A stretch of 64,000 bases of DNA from an uncultured archaeon. Its GTDB lineage: Archaea > Thermoproteota > Nitrososphaeria > Nitrososphaerales > Gagatemarchaeaceae. The stretch spans positions 1-64,000 of the forward strand of contig CAWFOU010000001.1 of NCBI GenBank assembly GCA_963817525.1, written 5' to 3'. Each line of letters opens with the position of its first letter. The stretch's first letter is position 1. Below are positions 61,333-64,000 of the stretch, piece after piece. The position numbers and the translations under genes were made by a program. Under the pieces are notes generated by a model. That model was given only the letters and a program-made list of their open reading frames with translations, did not search any database and was not told where the DNA came from.

Positions 61333-61892
61333 CCAAGGCGAAGGACAACGAGAAGAAGGCTGCGGCGGAGTTCAGGGCCGCGATCAGGAGGATACCCAAC
61401 TTCCCCAAGAAGGGTGTCGTCTTCAGGGACATCACTACACTCTGGAAGGATGGGCGGCTCCTCAGGCGGAGCACCGACGTGCTCTACGAGCACTACAGGA
61501 GCAAGAAGATAGACGCCGTCCTGGGGATCGAGGCGAGGGGCTTCGTGGTGGGCGCCCCCCTAGCCGAGCGCCTCGGCGTGGGCTTCGTCCCCCTCAGGAA
61601 GGTGGGAAAGCTCCCCGGCGAGAAGGTCTCGGAGAGCTACGACCTCGAGTACGGGACCGCGACCCTCGAGATGCATAGGGACGCCGTCGTGAAGGGGGAG
61701 AGGATACTCATCGTCGACGACCTCATAGCCACCGGCGGGACGGCCCTCGCAGCGGCCAAGCTCGTGGAGGTCCTCAGGGGGGAGGTCACCGGCTTTGCGT
61801 TCGTCGTGGAGCTCTCGTTCCTAAAGGGACGCGAGGCGCTGAAGGGCTACGAGGTCTTCTCCATCGTGAAGTACGCCTCCGAAGAAGAGTGA
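61329..61892 (+). CDS. apt: Adenine phosphoribosyltransferase
   Basis: FPKKGVVFRDIT, EARGF, LEYG, VDDLIATGGT; ATGA overlap with mtnP. Confidence 0.95.
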   Translation: MTKAKDNEKKAAAEFRAAIRRIPNFPKKGVVFRDITTLWKDGRLLRRSTDVLYEHYRSKKIDAVLGIEARGFVVGAPLAERLGVGFVPLRKVGKLPGEKVSESYDLEYGTATLEMHRDAVVKGERILIVDDLIATGGTALAAAKLVEVLRGEVTGFAFVVELSFLKGREALKGYEVFSIVKYASEEE

Positions 61893-61947
61893 GCCCGGCA
61901 GCCTCGACGAATTTAATAATGCAACTCCGAACGGAGGCCCGAACCAC

Positions 61948-63183
61948 TTGGGAAAGATAGCAGACGCCGACCTCGCCCCCGAAGGCGAGAAGAACTTCCT
62001 CTGGGCCAAGGGCCACATGACCGCCCTTTCGAGCATCGCCTCGAAGTACGCGAAGGAGAAGCCGCTCAAGGGCCTGAAGGTGGGCGTCTGCCTGCATGTC
62101 ACCAAGGAGACCTCCGTCCTGATCGACTCGCTCCTCCTCGCCGGGGCAGAAGTTAAGCTCGCCGACGCGAACCCCCTCTCCACCCAGGACGACATCGCCG
62201 CGTACCTCGCCACCCGCGCCGAGGTCTGGGCATGGCGCGGGCAGACCGGGAACCAGTACGACTGGTGCATCGACCAGGTGCTCGCCTCGAGCCCTGACCT
62301 CATCATAGACGACGGCGCCGACCTCCACGTGGCAGCGAACCTGAGGAAGGTAAAGTCCATCAGGGGCGGCTGCGAGGAGACCACCACGGGCGTGATGAGG
62401 CTGAAGGCGCTCGAGAAGGACGGGAAGCTCGGCTACCCAATCATCGCGATCAACAACGCAAAGACGAAGTACCTCTTCGACAATCGCTTCGGGACCGGGC
62501 AGAGCACCTTCGACGGCATCCTGAGGGCGACCTCGCTGCTGATAGCGGGAAAGAAGGTCGTCGTCGTGGGCTACGGCTGGGTCGGGAAGGGCGTGGCGAA
62601 GAGGGCGAGGGGGCTAGACGCCAACGTCACCGTGGTGGAGGTCGACCCCATCAAGGCTCTCGAGGCCTACCTCGATGGCTTCACGGTCACTAACATCGGC
62701 GAAGCGGCAAGATATGGCGAGGTCTTCATCACGTGCACGGGGCAGAAGCACGTCATCTCCTACGCCGCCGTAAAGTCGATGAGGGACGGGGCGATACTCT
62801 CGAACGCGGGGCACTTCGACGTGGAGATTGACGTAAAGTCGATAATGAAGGAGGCGAAGTCGGTGAAGCAGGTCCGCCCGAACACCGACGAGATTATGCT
62901 CCCCGGCGGGAAGAAGGTCTACCTCTTGGGCAAGGGGCGCATTGTCAACCTGGTCGCGGCGGAGGGGCATCCGCCGGAGGTCATGCAAATGTCCTTCGCG
63001 AACCAGTTCATGTCGGCCTTGTACGTCAACAAGAACCACTCAAAGCTCAAGAGCAAGGTCCTCGACGTCCCGCTCGAGATAGAGGAAGAGGTGGCCATGT
63101 CGACGCTGCACTCTCTCGGAATCACGATCGACAGGGCGACGACGGAGCAGCTGAAGTATGCCGAGAGCTGGGCGCTTGAGTAG
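61948..63183 (+). CDS. ahcY: Adenosylhomocysteinase
   Basis: CLHVTKET, EETTTG, FDNRFGTGQS, GYGWVGKG, GHP. Confidence 0.96.
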   Translation: MGKIADADLAPEGEKNFLWAKGHMTALSSIASKYAKEKPLKGLKVGVCLHVTKETSVLIDSLLLAGAEVKLADANPLSTQDDIAAYLATRAEVWAWRGQTGNQYDWCIDQVLASSPDLIIDDGADLHVAANLRKVKSIRGGCEETTTGVMRLKALEKDGKLGYPIIAINNAKTKYLFDNRFGTGQSTFDGILRATSLLIAGKKVVVVGYGWVGKGVAKRARGLDANVTVVEVDPIKALEAYLDGFTVTNIGEAARYGEVFITCTGQKHVISYAAVKSMRDGAILSNAGHFDVEIDVKSIMKEAKSVKQVRPNTDEIMLPGGKKVYLLGKGRIVNLVAAEGHPPEVMQMSFANQFMSALYVNKNHSKLKSKVLDVPLEIEEEVAMSTLHSLGITIDRATTEQLKYAESWALE

Positions 63184-64000
63184 CAGGCCCAGAACCACAG
63201 CGAACGAGAAGCCTTCGGGCCCCAAGAAGAGGAGGGTCCTCGTGTGCTGCGCCCTCCCCTACACCAACGCAGTCCCACACGTGGGGAACATCGTGGGGTC
63301 GCACCTCCCCGCGGACATATTCGCGAGGTATTGCAGGCTTAAGGGGTACGAGACCCTCTTCATAGGGGGCGCGGACGAGAACGGGACCCCAACCGAGGTC
63401 GCCGCCATAGAGCTCAAGGTGACCCCGAGGAGGCTGACGGACGTCTTCTACCAGGTACACAAGTCCATCTACGAGTGGTTCGAGATCTCCTACGACAACT
63501 TCTCGAGGACCTCCCTCCCGGTCCACCACAAGACAACCCAGGAGATGTTCCTCAAGATCTACGAGCACGGGTACGTCACCAAGGGGGTGATGCGCCTCCC
63601 CTATTGCGAGACCGACAAGCTCTTCCTCGCAGACCGATACGTTGTGGGCAAGTGCCCCGTCTGCGGCTACGAGTTCGCCCGGGGGGACCAGTGCGAGAAC
63701 TGCGCGACCCTGCTCGAGCCGGAGCAGCTCATCGACCCAAAGTGCAAGATCGACGGGAGCGTCCCCGTCTTCAAGGACAGCGACAACCTCTTCCTCGAAC
63801 TCGAGAAGCTCCAGCCCCAACTAGAGGCCTGGATAACCAGCCAAACGCATTGGAGGAAGCAAGTCAGCTCGCTCGCCCTCGCGTGGATCAAAGAGGGCCT
63901 CAAGCGGCGGAGCATCACCCGCGACCTGAAGTGGGGCGTCCCCGTCCCCCTGAAAGGGTTCGAGAGCAAGATCTTCTATGTCTGGTTCGACGCCCCCATA
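63176..64000 (+). CDS. metG: Methionyl-tRNA synthetase (runs off the window edge)
   Basis: TTG at 63176: ...ALPYTNAVPHVGN (HIGH), GADENGTP, Zn knuckles, SITRDLKWGVPVP, YVWFDA. Confidence 0.94.
   Translation, partial: MSSRPRTTANEKPSGPKKRRVLVCCALPYTNAVPHVGNIVGSHLPADIFARYCRLKGYETLFIGGADENGTPTEVAAIELKVTPRRLTDVFYQVHKSIYEWFEISYDNFSRTSLPVHHKTTQEMFLKIYEHGYVTKGVMRLPYCETDKLFLADRYVVGKCPVCGYEFARGDQCENCATLLEPEQLIDPKCKIDGSVPVFKDSDNLFLELEKLQPQLEAWITSQTHWRKQVSSLALAWIKEGLKRRSITRDLKWGVPVPLKGFESKIFYVWFDAPI

Noticed and set aside
63176-63250. Possible stop-codon readthrough fusion of ahcY and metG
   Set aside because: metG has its own TTG at 63176 in a different frame, overlapping the ahcY end

Overview
GC-rich archaeal DNA: topoisomerase VI, aIF1, aIF2-beta, RIO1/Dim2, BHB-intron tRNAs, a PEF-CTERM-type sorting signal and grpE-dnaK-dnaJ. 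This combination fits a non-ammonia-oxidising Nitrososphaerota (Thaumarchaeota) lineage (inference). Housekeeping and metabolic blocks include metY-metX-metW, mtnP-apt-ahcY-metG, top6AB, queE and the chaperones. Three accessory systems stand out. (1) A five-gene, translationally coupled operon (18297-26080) built around an 892-aa tubulin/FtsZ-like GTPase with a long coiled-coil insert, plus a surface-anchored protein, a polytopic membrane/coiled-coil protein and a probable degenerate second tubulin-like protein. (2) An operon (41299-45446) of two signal-less, Cys-bearing SsuA/THI5-fold proteins, a TrpB2 whose catalytic Glu is replaced by Ser, and a tryptophan 2,3-dioxygenase homologue with an insertion in its GTGGS loop, suggesting a pathway for a non-indole aromatic amino acid. 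(3) A ~55-bp, tRNA-3'-end-like, imperfectly palindromic repeat separating single accessory genes at 3.3, 5.6 and 7.1 kb, like a cassette array. Two tRNAs each carry two introns, both including one at position 15/16. Several single-base frameshifts suggest sequencing error or early pseudogenisation. All calls are from motif recognition by eye; no searches were run.
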